Shown: positions 36,387-44,462 of the stretch, piece by piece | How the letters are laid out: every line of letters begins with the position of its first letter | Numbering within the stretch: position 1 is the stretch's first letter | From: Actinomycetota bacterium | GTDB lineage: Bacteria; Actinomycetota; UBA4738; HRBIN12 | Length of the DNA: 63,367 nt | Direction: 5' to 3' | Assembly (NCBI GenBank): GCA_050998695.1 | Contig: JBPCPX010000032.1 | Location: 1-63,367, forward strand | The notes under the pieces: model-generated | What the model was told of the DNA's origin: nothing | The model's database searches: none | What the model saw: the letters and a program-made list of their open reading frames with translations, nothing else | Program-made: the position numbers and the translations under genes

Positions 36387-38759
36387 ATGGCGACGAGGAC
36401 CGATGGTGGCGCGGGCGTCGGGAGCGCCCTGAAACGCGTCCTGGTCGGACGAGCCCTGTCGACCTCTTCCCAGGAGCACCAGCTCCTCCCCAAGGTATTG
36501 GCGCTGCCGGTGTTCGCATCGGACCAGCTCTCCTCCGTCGCTTACGCGACTGAGGAGATGATGCTCGTGCTCGCCCTTGCGGGGGCATCGGCGCTCGGCT
36601 TGTTGACGCCGCTCGGGTTCGCCGTCGCCGCCCTGCTCGTGGTCGTGATCGTGTCGTATCGGCAGACGGTCCGCGCGTACCCTCGAGGCGGCGGTTCCTA
36701 CATCGTGGCCAGGGAGAACCTCGGGACCGTCCCAGGTCTCACGGCGGCCGCGGGGATCCTCGCCTCCTACGTGCTCACCGTATCCGTGAGTGTGACCGCC
36801 GGCGCGATCGCCGTGACCTCTGCCGCTCCCGGCCTGGCCGAACACAAGGTGGGCCTCGCCACGTCGTTCGTCGTGTTCATCACGGTCGCGAACCTTCGTG
36901 GGGTCAAGGAGGCGGGCAGGCTCTTCGCCATCCCGACCTACGGGTTCGTGGGCGTGGTGGGGATCACACTCATCTGGGGACTGTTCCGATGCGTCTCAGA
37001 CGCCTGTCCACAGGCCGCCAGCGCGTCCATACCCCTCGAGGCGGAAACGACCCTGACCCTGTTCCTGGTACTCCGCGCCTTCTCATCGGGAGCGACGGCG
37101 CTCACGGGGGTCGAGGCGATCGCCGACGGCGTGCAGGCGTTCCGACGACCCCAGGCGAAGAACGCCGCCTCCACCCTGCTCCTGATGGGCGCGATGAGCA
37201 TCCCGATGTTCCTCGGGATCACGATCATCGCCCGACTGTTGGAGATCCGGGTCAACCACCAGCTCGCCTCGTCGAAGTCGGTGCTCGCGCAGATCGGCGA
37301 CACGATCTTCGCGGGTGGGTTCATGTTCATCGTGTTGCAGGTCTTCACTGCGGCGATCCTGATCCTGGCCGCGAACACCGCGTATCAAGACTTCCCGCGC
37401 CTGTCGTCGATCCTGGCTCGAGATCGGTTCATGCCGTCGCAGTTCCGGAACCGTGGCGATCGGCTCGTGTTCTCCAACGGGATCGTGGTGCTCTCGCTGC
37501 TCGCCGTGGCGCTCGTGTGGGCGTTCGATGCCAACCTCAGCGCATTGATCCAGCTCTACGTCGTCGGCGTCTTCATCGCGCTGACCCTCTCCCAGGCCGG
37601 GATGGTGCGTCGGCAACTCACGCTCCGGGCGCCGGGGTGGCGAGGGCGGGTCGCGACGAACGGCATCGGTGCGGCGACCACCGGTCTCGTGCTGCTGATC
37701 GTGGCGATCACGCGGTTCCGGCTCGGCGCGTGGATGGTCATCGCCGCCGTCCCGGTCATCATCGCGTTCTTCCTCGCCGTCCGTTCTCACTATCGGCGGA
37801 TCGGGCGCCTGCTCGCCGGCGGCCGGCTCACCGGCGACGTCACTGCGACCAATTCGTTCGTGCTCCTGGTCGGTGACTTCGGTCCCGCCACCGTCGATGC
37901 CGTGTCCTACCTGTTCACGATCCGGTGCCAGGGGGTCGTCGCGCTCTGGGTGGGGGCAGAAGATCGGCTGGAGGAGGCCCGCGAGACGTGGAGGCGTTTG
38001 GCCCCTCGCTTCGACGACCTCGAGCTGCTGCCGCGCGGGGAGGAGCATCCGGTCCGCGCGCTGCGCCACTTCCTGAAAGAGCGATCGTTCGGGACGGACT
38101 TCGTGACGGTCGTGATCCCCGAGGTGGTGTCCTCACGATCGCTCCTGCAACTCGTCCGCCAGCGCACGACGTTCCTGTTGAAGACTTCGCTCCTGTTCCA
38201 GCCCGGCGTGGTGGTGACGAACGTCCCGCTCGTGCCGGGAGAGCCACAGGCCGCGGCCGGCGCGCGCCCCGTCGAGCGGCCTCGGAGCGAGGTCATCGTC
38301 CCCGTTTCGAGCGTGCACGACGCCACCGTGCGGGCGGTCGTCTACGCGAAGTCACTCCAGCCCTCGTCGACCGAGGCGATCCACATGGCCGCCGATCCGG
38401 AGGAGGTCCCAGTCGTGGTGGAAGCCTGGCACGAGCGGCGGATGGACGTGCCGCTCGTCCTGGTCGAAGCACCCTTCCGCGATCTCGGCCCCCCGCTCCT
38501 GGAGGAGATCCGGAGCCGAACGGCGCGCGGCGACACCGTCGTGACGGTCGTCCTGCCGGAGCTCGTGCCGGACCACTGGTGGCAGAACCTCTTGCACAAC
38601 CAGTCGGCGTTGTTCTTCAAGAGGATCCTGCTCTTCGAGCCACACGTCGTCGTGACGAGCGTTCCGTTCCACCTGGCGGCGCCGGAGACGCTTCGTCGTG
38701 CGGAGGATCGCGAGACACCATCGGGCCCCAAGGCACCTTCGAGCCCCGAGGTACGCTAG
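36387..38759 (+). CDS. APC-superfamily permease with ~300-aa cytoplasmic C-terminal extension
   Basis: 790 aa. LALPVFASDQLSSVAYATEE..YRQTVRAYPRGGGSYIVAREN and about 12 TM segments, followed by a soluble region from about aa 480. Confidence 0.75.
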   Translation: MATRTDGGAGVGSALKRVLVGRALSTSSQEHQLLPKVLALPVFASDQLSSVAYATEEMMLVLALAGASALGLLTPLGFAVAALLVVVIVSYRQTVRAYPRGGGSYIVARENLGTVPGLTAAAGILASYVLTVSVSVTAGAIAVTSAAPGLAEHKVGLATSFVVFITVANLRGVKEAGRLFAIPTYGFVGVVGITLIWGLFRCVSDACPQAASASIPLEAETTLTLFLVLRAFSSGATALTGVEAIADGVQAFRRPQAKNAASTLLLMGAMSIPMFLGITIIARLLEIRVNHQLASSKSVLAQIGDTIFAGGFMFIVLQVFTAAILILAANTAYQDFPRLSSILARDRFMPSQFRNRGDRLVFSNGIVVLSLLAVALVWAFDANLSALIQLYVVGVFIALTLSQAGMVRRQLTLRAPGWRGRVATNGIGAATTGLVLLIVAITRFRLGAWMVIAAVPVIIAFFLAVRSHYRRIGRLLAGGRLTGDVTATNSFVLLVGDFGPATVDAVSYLFTIRCQGVVALWVGAEDRLEEARETWRRLAPRFDDLELLPRGEEHPVRALRHFLKERSFGTDFVTVVIPEVVSSRSLLQLVRQRTTFLLKTSLLFQPGVVVTNVPLVPGEPQAAAGARPVERPRSEVIVPVSSVHDATVRAVVYAKSLQPSSTEAIHMAADPEEVPVVVEAWHERRMDVPLVLVEAPFRDLGPPLLEEIRSRTARGDTVVTVVLPELVPDHWWQNLLHNQSALFFKRILLFEPHVVVTSVPFHLAAPETLRRAEDRETPSGPKAPSSPEVR

Positions 38760-38763
38760 CCAC

Positions 38764-39243
38764 GTGAACATCCGGCCCGCCACCAAGGACGACGCCGACT
38801 TCATCGGGACGATGCTCTACGAAGCAGCCCGATGGAATCCGGACTGGCCGCGGGAGTCGATCGAGGAGTTCCTGGATGAACCCAGCCTGCGCCGCTACCA
38901 CGAGGATTGGGGACGTGAGGGCGACGGCGGCGTGGTCGCGGAGGTCGACGGGGAGCCGGTCGGGGCCGCGTGGTACCGCGTCTTCACCGCGGAGGTGCCG
39001 GGCCTCGGGTTCGTGAACGAGAAGACCCCCGAGCTCAGCATCGCCGTCGCCCCACTCCATCGGCGGAAGGGGATCGGTCAGGCGCTCCTGCGCTCGTGCA
39101 TGGTGCAAGCGCGCGAGGAGGGGTTCCAGGCGTTGTCGCTCTCCGTCGCCGTCCACAACCGCTCCCGGATGCTCTACCAGCGCGCCGGATTCGAGAAGGT
39201 CGGCGAAGCCGGCGGATCCTGGACGATGCTCGCCAACCTGTAG
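38764..39243 (+). CDS. GNAT family N-acetyltransferase
   Basis: VNIRPATKDDADFI..LSIAVAPLHRRKGIGQALL..YQRAGFE. GTG start at 38764. Confidence 0.8.
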   Translation: MNIRPATKDDADFIGTMLYEAARWNPDWPRESIEEFLDEPSLRRYHEDWGREGDGGVVAEVDGEPVGAAWYRVFTAEVPGLGFVNEKTPELSIAVAPLHRRKGIGQALLRSCMVQAREEGFQALSLSVAVHNRSRMLYQRAGFEKVGEAGGSWTMLANL

Positions 39244-40223
39244 TGGCTCTCGATCGTCCGCTCGTGGTGATGGTCGACGCCGTCGACCGCGACCCTCCCG
39301 ACCTGGGCGCCGCAGAGGGGCTCGCTCGCATCGTCCGCGTGCCCGGCGTCGAGGAGCTGGCGCCGCATCTGGAGAGGATCGATGCGATCTTCGCGTGGAA
39401 CTTCGACCGTTCACGCCTGCGGGACGTGATCCCGCGCGCACCGGGGCTGCGATGGATCCAGTCGATCTCGGCGGGGGTCGAGGATCTCGCCTTCCCCGAG
39501 CTCCGCGCGCACGGCGTCGTCCTCACGAACGCGGCCGGCATCTACGACCCGGGTCTTGCCGAGTCCGTGCTCGGGTTCCTGCTGGCGTTCTCGACGCGCA
39601 TCCTCGAGGACGCGCGCCTCGAGCCGGGCGCGTGGCCGCAGGACGGGACGCGCCTGCTCCGGGGGACGACGGCGTTGGTCGTCGGCGCGGGCTCGATCGG
39701 GATCGAGACCGGGCGGCTGCTCCGGGCCGCGGGGCTCCGGGTGCGCGGCATCGCGCGCACAGCTCGTCCTCCCGACGACGTCTTCGAGTCGATCGCGGGG
39801 CCGGACGCTCTCCATCAGGAGCTGGCCGCCGCCGACCACGTGGTGAACGTGCTGCCGATCACGCCCGCGACGCGCCGAGTGTTCGACGCATCTTCCTTCG
39901 CGGCGATGAAGGCGAGCGCGGTGTTCGTCAACATCGGCCGCGGGAGCACGGTCGACGAGCCGGCGTTGATCGGAGCCCTGGGGGACGGCGTGATCGCCGG
40001 CGCGGCGCTCGACGTCTTCGAGGTGGAGCCGCTGCCGGCCGAGAGCCCGCTGTGGCGGATGCCGAACGTCCTCGTGTCGCCGCACCGCGCCGGCGATCAC
40101 GAGGGCTGGGAGTCGGCCGTCGTCGCGCTGTTCCTCGACAACCTCCGTCGGTTCGCCTCGGGCGAGCCGCTCCGCAACGTGGTCGACGTCGGGCTGGGGT
40201 ACGCGCCCGGTGGCCGGTCGTAG
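39243..40223 (+). CDS. D-isomer-specific 2-hydroxyacid dehydrogenase family protein
   Basis: VVGAGSIGIETGRLL, VNIGRGSTVDE, AALDVFEVEPLP, SPHRAG. The GTG start overlaps the preceding TAG. Confidence 0.85.
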   Translation: MALDRPLVVMVDAVDRDPPDLGAAEGLARIVRVPGVEELAPHLERIDAIFAWNFDRSRLRDVIPRAPGLRWIQSISAGVEDLAFPELRAHGVVLTNAAGIYDPGLAESVLGFLLAFSTRILEDARLEPGAWPQDGTRLLRGTTALVVGAGSIGIETGRLLRAAGLRVRGIARTARPPDDVFESIAGPDALHQELAAADHVVNVLPITPATRRVFDASSFAAMKASAVFVNIGRGSTVDEPALIGALGDGVIAGAALDVFEVEPLPAESPLWRMPNVLVSPHRAGDHEGWESAVVALFLDNLRRFASGEPLRNVVDVGLGYAPGGRS

Positions 40224-40232
40224 GTCGTCCGC

Positions 40233-43200
40233 CTACGCGGGGGGAGCCAGCAGTTGTTCGGCTTCCTGGATGAATGCGGTCGCGCCCATCCCCCGGTAGA
40301 GCTCGAGCGCCCGGGAGAGGAACGGCTCGGCCTCGGCTCGACGGCCGGCCGCGATCAGACGCTCAGCCTCCTTCACGCGGGCATAGGCTTCGTCGGGCGC
40401 CGAGCCGATCTCCTCGAATCGATCGGCTGCTCCCGCACGATCACCGGAAGCCCAGAGGCGCCCGGCCTGGATCCATCGCGATGGGAGATCTTCGCCACCC
40501 AGGGCGAGGATCTCCTCGGCCCGCCCCACCTCGGTGAGAACGATAGTCGCGGGAACGATCCACCAGGACCAGTCCATCATCGGCTCCGGTCCGGCCGACC
40601 GGAGGATCTCCTCGATCGTCGCGACCGCGTCCTCGATACGCCCGATGTGGAACAGGACGCGAGCCTTCTCGGCGAGGGACGGCTGGAGCGCCTGGGGGTC
40701 GCCCGCGCTCCGGCCGACCTCGACCCCGCGCTCCGCGTCCGCGAGGGCGCCCGCCGGGTCGCCCCGGCCCATCCTGATCCTGGCTCGCGTCTGACGGTGC
40801 TGCACCTCCAGGTAGTGGGGAGCGCCCGCCTCCATCCGGGCGATCTCGGCATCGAGGATCTCGAGGGAATCGTCCCAGCGCCCGACGAGGGACAGGTCGA
40901 ACGCCACCTCCGCGAGGTTCCAGATGATCGCCGCGTCCATCCCGATCCGACGCGCGTACTCGAGGTTCCGCTGGTGGACCTCGTACGCACGGCGGACCTC
41001 CCCCGTGTAGAAGAGGGACACACCGAGGTTCACGTTGTTCCTCGCGATGTGCCAAGGGAGCACTGCCTGCTCGGCGACATCGATACTCTCCTCGATGTCG
41101 GCGAACCCGCCGAGATCGCCCATATTGATCCTGGCGGTCCCGACGGAGTTCAGGGCGAACGTCCTCACCTCGTCGCGTCCGACCTCCCCCGCGATCGCGA
41201 TCGCCTCCCGGCCGACCCGGATCGCGTCCGCCGAACGACCGGTCACCATGAGGTACCGGGCGAGGTGTGCCTTCGCGTGCGCCACCGCGCCCGATGGGGC
41301 CCGACCCTCGATCAGCGAGGCGGCCCGATCGAACCGGTCCTGTGCTTCCCTGCCTTCGCCCCGCCGCCAGATATGGTCTCCGATCAGGAGCTCGGCGAGG
41401 GCTGCCGTCTCGACGTCGCCCATCTGCAGAAGCGCAGCCTTCGCTTCGGCGAGGATCTCGTCGCCGGCGTCGCGATGGACCCAGATCGCTCGCCCGTACT
41501 GATACAGCAGCGTCGGCCGCTCCGGATCGTCATCGGGCCAGAGATCGACGGCCGCGGCGTACGCGCGCTCGGCCGCCGCGTACGCGGCGAGGCCGAGCGC
41601 GCGGTCGCCGGCCGCGCGGAGGGCCAGCCGAGCCGGGCGCTCCAGGTCCCCCGTGTCCTGACCTGCCGCCCTCGCGAGCTCGAGAGCGGACAGGTAGTGG
41701 TGCGCGAGGAGCTCGGCCCGATCCTCGAGCCGCTCCCCCCCGAGCGAGCCGATCCAATCGGCCGCCGCGCGGTGCTTGGCCGCCCGTCCCCCTCGCGGGA
41801 TCTGTCCGTACGCGACGTCGCGGACCAGGAGATGGAGGAACGCGAACTCCGTCTCGCCTCCGACCGACGAGCGGCGCTCGCGCCGGATGAACCGGCCCCG
41901 CTCGAGCTGGTGCAGGCGCCGCTCCAGATCCGCCGGATCGCGTCCGCCGATCGCTGCCACGGCCCCCAGCCAGAAGGTCTTGCCGACCACGGCGGCGTCG
42001 TGCAGGAGCGACTTGTCGGCCGGCTCCAGTCCGTCGAGGCGCGCCGCGATGATCCCCTGGACCGAGCCCGGGAGCTCGACGGTCGAGAGGCCGGCCGCCG
42101 ATCGGTTTGCCGCCAGCCGTGCGAACTCCTCCGCATAGAGCGGGTTGCCTCCGGCACGTTCGAGGAGCGCGGACTGGAGCTCGGCGGGCAGCACCGCTCG
42201 GTCGAGGAGACCGGCCAGCAAGCGAGCGGTCTCCTCGTCCGACAGGGGCGCCAGCGAGATCGTGGCCGCGTTCGGCTTCCCGCCACCCCAGTCGGGCCGT
42301 CGGGCGAGGAGCTCCGGTCTCGCGGTGCAGAGCACGAGGAGCGGGATGTCTCGAGTCCAGTCGATCAGGTAGTCCAGGAAGTCGAGGAGCCCGTCGTCCG
42401 CCCAGTGGAGGTCCTCGAAGATCAGCACCGTCGGCCGTCGCTCCGCGAGCGCCTCGAGGAAGCGGCGCCACGCGGCAGGACCCTCGTCCGAGCTCTCGTC
42501 GCCCGATCCTCGCTCCTGCGTCAGACCGACGAGCGGGCGAAGATGGCGGGCGACCCAGCCGCGCTCGTCGGTGTCGACGATCAGCTCGCTCACGGTTCGG
42601 TCGAGCTTCGCGGATGCCTCGACGTCCGGATCCGTCTCGAGGATCCCGGCCTCGGCCTTCACCATCTCGCCGAGCGCCCAGTAGCTCACGCCGTCGCCGT
42701 AGGGCAGGCACCTGCCCTGACGCCACGCGATCAGGTCCGGCATCGTCTCGATGTGGGCGGAGAGCTCGTGCACCAGGCGGCTCTTGCCGATCCCGGGCTC
42801 GCCCACGAGGGTCACGAGCTGGGACTCGTCCTGGTGGCGCGCCCGGTCGAGGGCGTCCCGGAGCAGCGCGAGCTCGCGTTCGCGGCCGACTAGCGACGTG
42901 TCGACGCGCCGGGTGACGTCGACCCCGTAGCTGGACCTCGCCTCGAGTACCTCCCAGGCGGTGACCGGCTCCGACTTGCCCTTGGCCTCGATGGCCTCCG
43001 CGCCCCGGTACTCGATCGCGCGCTCCGTCGCGCGGTACGTGGTCTCGCCCACGAGGATCCCGTCGACGGGCGCGGCGGTCTGGAGCCGGGCCGCGGTGTT
43101 CACCACGTCGCCCGCCGCCATGCCTTCGCCCTGCAGAGGATGCACACCGAGCGAGATGAGGGCTTCGCCCGTATTCACGCCGACTCGGACGTGGAGATCG

Positions 43201-43586
43201 AAGCCCGGATCCTGCTCGTTCATCTCGGCCATCGCGTCGCGGATCGCGAGCGCGGCGCGAACGGCGCGCTCCGGGTCGTCCTCGTGCGCGGTCGGGGCGC
43301 CGAACACCGCCATCACCGCGTCGCCGATGAACTTCTCGACGGTCCCGCCCCGTCGTTCGAGCTCCTCGCGGAGACGGGCGAAGTACGGCGTCAACGTCGC
43401 GCGGACGTCTTCGGGATCGAGCTGTTCGCTCCTGCTCGTGAACCCGACCAGATCGGCGAATAGCACCGTGACGACCTTCCTCTCCTCACGGGCCGATCTC
43501 GCCGCATCGCCCAGAGGCGATCCGCAGTTGCCGCAGAAGCTCGCGTCTTCGGGGTTCTCTCGCCCGCAGGTGCTGCAGGTCAACAC
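40233..43586 (-). CDS. zinc-ribbon / class III adenylate-guanylate cyclase / AAA(STAND) ATPase / TPR multidomain protein
   Basis: N-terminus CSTCGRENPEDASFCGNCGSPL. Cyclase VVTVLFADLVGFTS..KFIGDAVMAVFG..VGVNTGE. Walker A GEPGIGKSRLV. Long helical repeat region. No C-terminal LuxR HTH seen. Confidence 0.85.
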   Translation of the reverse strand: MLTCSTCGRENPEDASFCGNCGSPLGDAARSAREERKVVTVLFADLVGFTSRSEQLDPEDVRATLTPYFARLREELERRGGTVEKFIGDAVMAVFGAPTAHEDDPERAVRAALAIRDAMAEMNEQDPGFDLHVRVGVNTGEALISLGVHPLQGEGMAAGDVVNTAARLQTAAPVDGILVGETTYRATERAIEYRGAEAIEAKGKSEPVTAWEVLEARSSYGVDVTRRVDTSLVGRERELALLRDALDRARHQDESQLVTLVGEPGIGKSRLVHELSAHIETMPDLIAWRQGRCLPYGDGVSYWALGEMVKAEAGILETDPDVEASAKLDRTVSELIVDTDERGWVARHLRPLVGLTQERGSGDESSDEGPAAWRRFLEALAERRPTVLIFEDLHWADDGLLDFLDYLIDWTRDIPLLVLCTARPELLARRPDWGGGKPNAATISLAPLSDEETARLLAGLLDRAVLPAELQSALLERAGGNPLYAEEFARLAANRSAAGLSTVELPGSVQGIIAARLDGLEPADKSLLHDAAVVGKTFWLGAVAAIGGRDPADLERRLHQLERGRFIRRERRSSVGGETEFAFLHLLVRDVAYGQIPRGGRAAKHRAAADWIGSLGGERLEDRAELLAHHYLSALELARAAGQDTGDLERPARLALRAAGDRALGLAAYAAAERAYAAAVDLWPDDDPERPTLLYQYGRAIWVHRDAGDEILAEAKAALLQMGDVETAALAELLIGDHIWRRGEGREAQDRFDRAASLIEGRAPSGAVAHAKAHLARYLMVTGRSADAIRVGREAIAIAGEVGRDEVRTFALNSVGTARINMGDLGGFADIEESIDVAEQAVLPWHIARNNVNLGVSLFYTGEVRRAYEVHQRNLEYARRIGMDAAIIWNLAEVAFDLSLVGRWDDSLEILDAEIARMEAGAPHYLEVQHRQTRARIRMGRGDPAGALADAERGVEVGRSAGDPQALQPSLAEKARVLFHIGRIEDAVATIEEILRSAGPEPMMDWSWWIVPATIVLTEVGRAEEILALGGEDLPSRWIQAGRLWASGDRAGAADRFEEIGSAPDEAYARVKEAERLIAAGRRAEAEPFLSRALELYRGMGATAFIQEAEQLLAPPA

Positions 43587-43595
43587 GGCGGGAGC

Positions 43596-44264
43596 CTACT
43601 CCGCCACCTGTTCCTCGGCGGCTCGGTCGAGCTCGGCGTAGGCGGCGCGGACCTTCCGGTACCTGCGAGCCACCCACCACACGCCGAGGGCGACCACGAC
43701 CGCCGCGATCCCCCACGCCACAGGCTGCAGGACGTCCTCGACCTTCGTCCAGTTCTCCCCCAACGCGTAGCCGAGCCATGCCAACGCGAACGTCCACGGC
43801 AGGCATCCGAGCACCGTATAGACGGTGAACCGCCAGAACGGCATCCGTGCGACGCCCGCAGGCAGCGAGATGAACGTGCGGATCACCGGCAGGAGCCGCG
43901 AGACGAACACCGCGAGCTCACCGCGGCGCTCGAACCACTCGTGCGCGCGGTCGACCTCGTGGGGAAGCACCAGGACGTATCTGCCGAACCGGTCGATCAG
44001 CGGCCGGCCCCCGACGGCGCCGGCCCAGTAGGCGACCCATGAGCCGACGAGGTTCCCCGCCGTCCCCAGAAGCCCTACCGCCACGAGGTCCAGTTCCTGG
44101 CCGGCTCCCGCGAACGCCGTGCTTGCCAGTGCGCCGCCGAACAGCATCGTCACCTCCGAGGGGACAGGGATGCAGGCGGACTCCAGCACCATGAGGAAGA
44201 ACACGGCCAGATAGCCGTAGTCGCCGATCAGGTTCGTGATGAAGTCGTTGAGTATCGCGAGCAC
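43596..44264 (-). CDS. DedA family membrane protein
   Basis: YGYLAVFFLMVLESACIPVPSEV..GRPLIDRFGRY..FVSRLLPVIRTFISLPAG. Confidence 0.85.
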   Translation of the reverse strand: MLAILNDFITNLIGDYGYLAVFFLMVLESACIPVPSEVTMLFGGALASTAFAGAGQELDLVAVGLLGTAGNLVGSWVAYWAGAVGGRPLIDRFGRYVLVLPHEVDRAHEWFERRGELAVFVSRLLPVIRTFISLPAGVARMPFWRFTVYTVLGCLPWTFALAWLGYALGENWTKVEDVLQPVAWGIAAVVVALGVWWVARRYRKVRAAYAELDRAAEEQVAE

Positions 44265-44462
44265 GCTCGGATGACCTCCGGTGCGGGAATATGGGCAGCG
44301 TACCAGTGCGTTCCTGAGGTTCCGGAGCCGCGGGGTCGGCGCTCATGGTGCTCCGAGACTCGGCCGATGCTCCGTGAGGCTCCGAGGGCCGGTGGTACCG
44401 TCCGAGCGAGGCTCGCATTGACAGTACCCGCCAACATCCCCTGAGAGGAAGCTCGTTTCGAT

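Noticed and set aside
40254-42893. 879-aa plus-strand ORF
   Set aside because: It is antisense to the cyclase-STAND-TPR gene. Its composition (Arg/Pro/Asp/Glu runs) is typical of a GC-rich shadow frame.
44418-44446. TTGACA box at 44418-44423 upstream of topA as a sigma-70-type promoter
   Set aside because: The hexamer 17 nt downstream (ctgaga) is a poor -10, and I could not support a promoter call from sequence alone.
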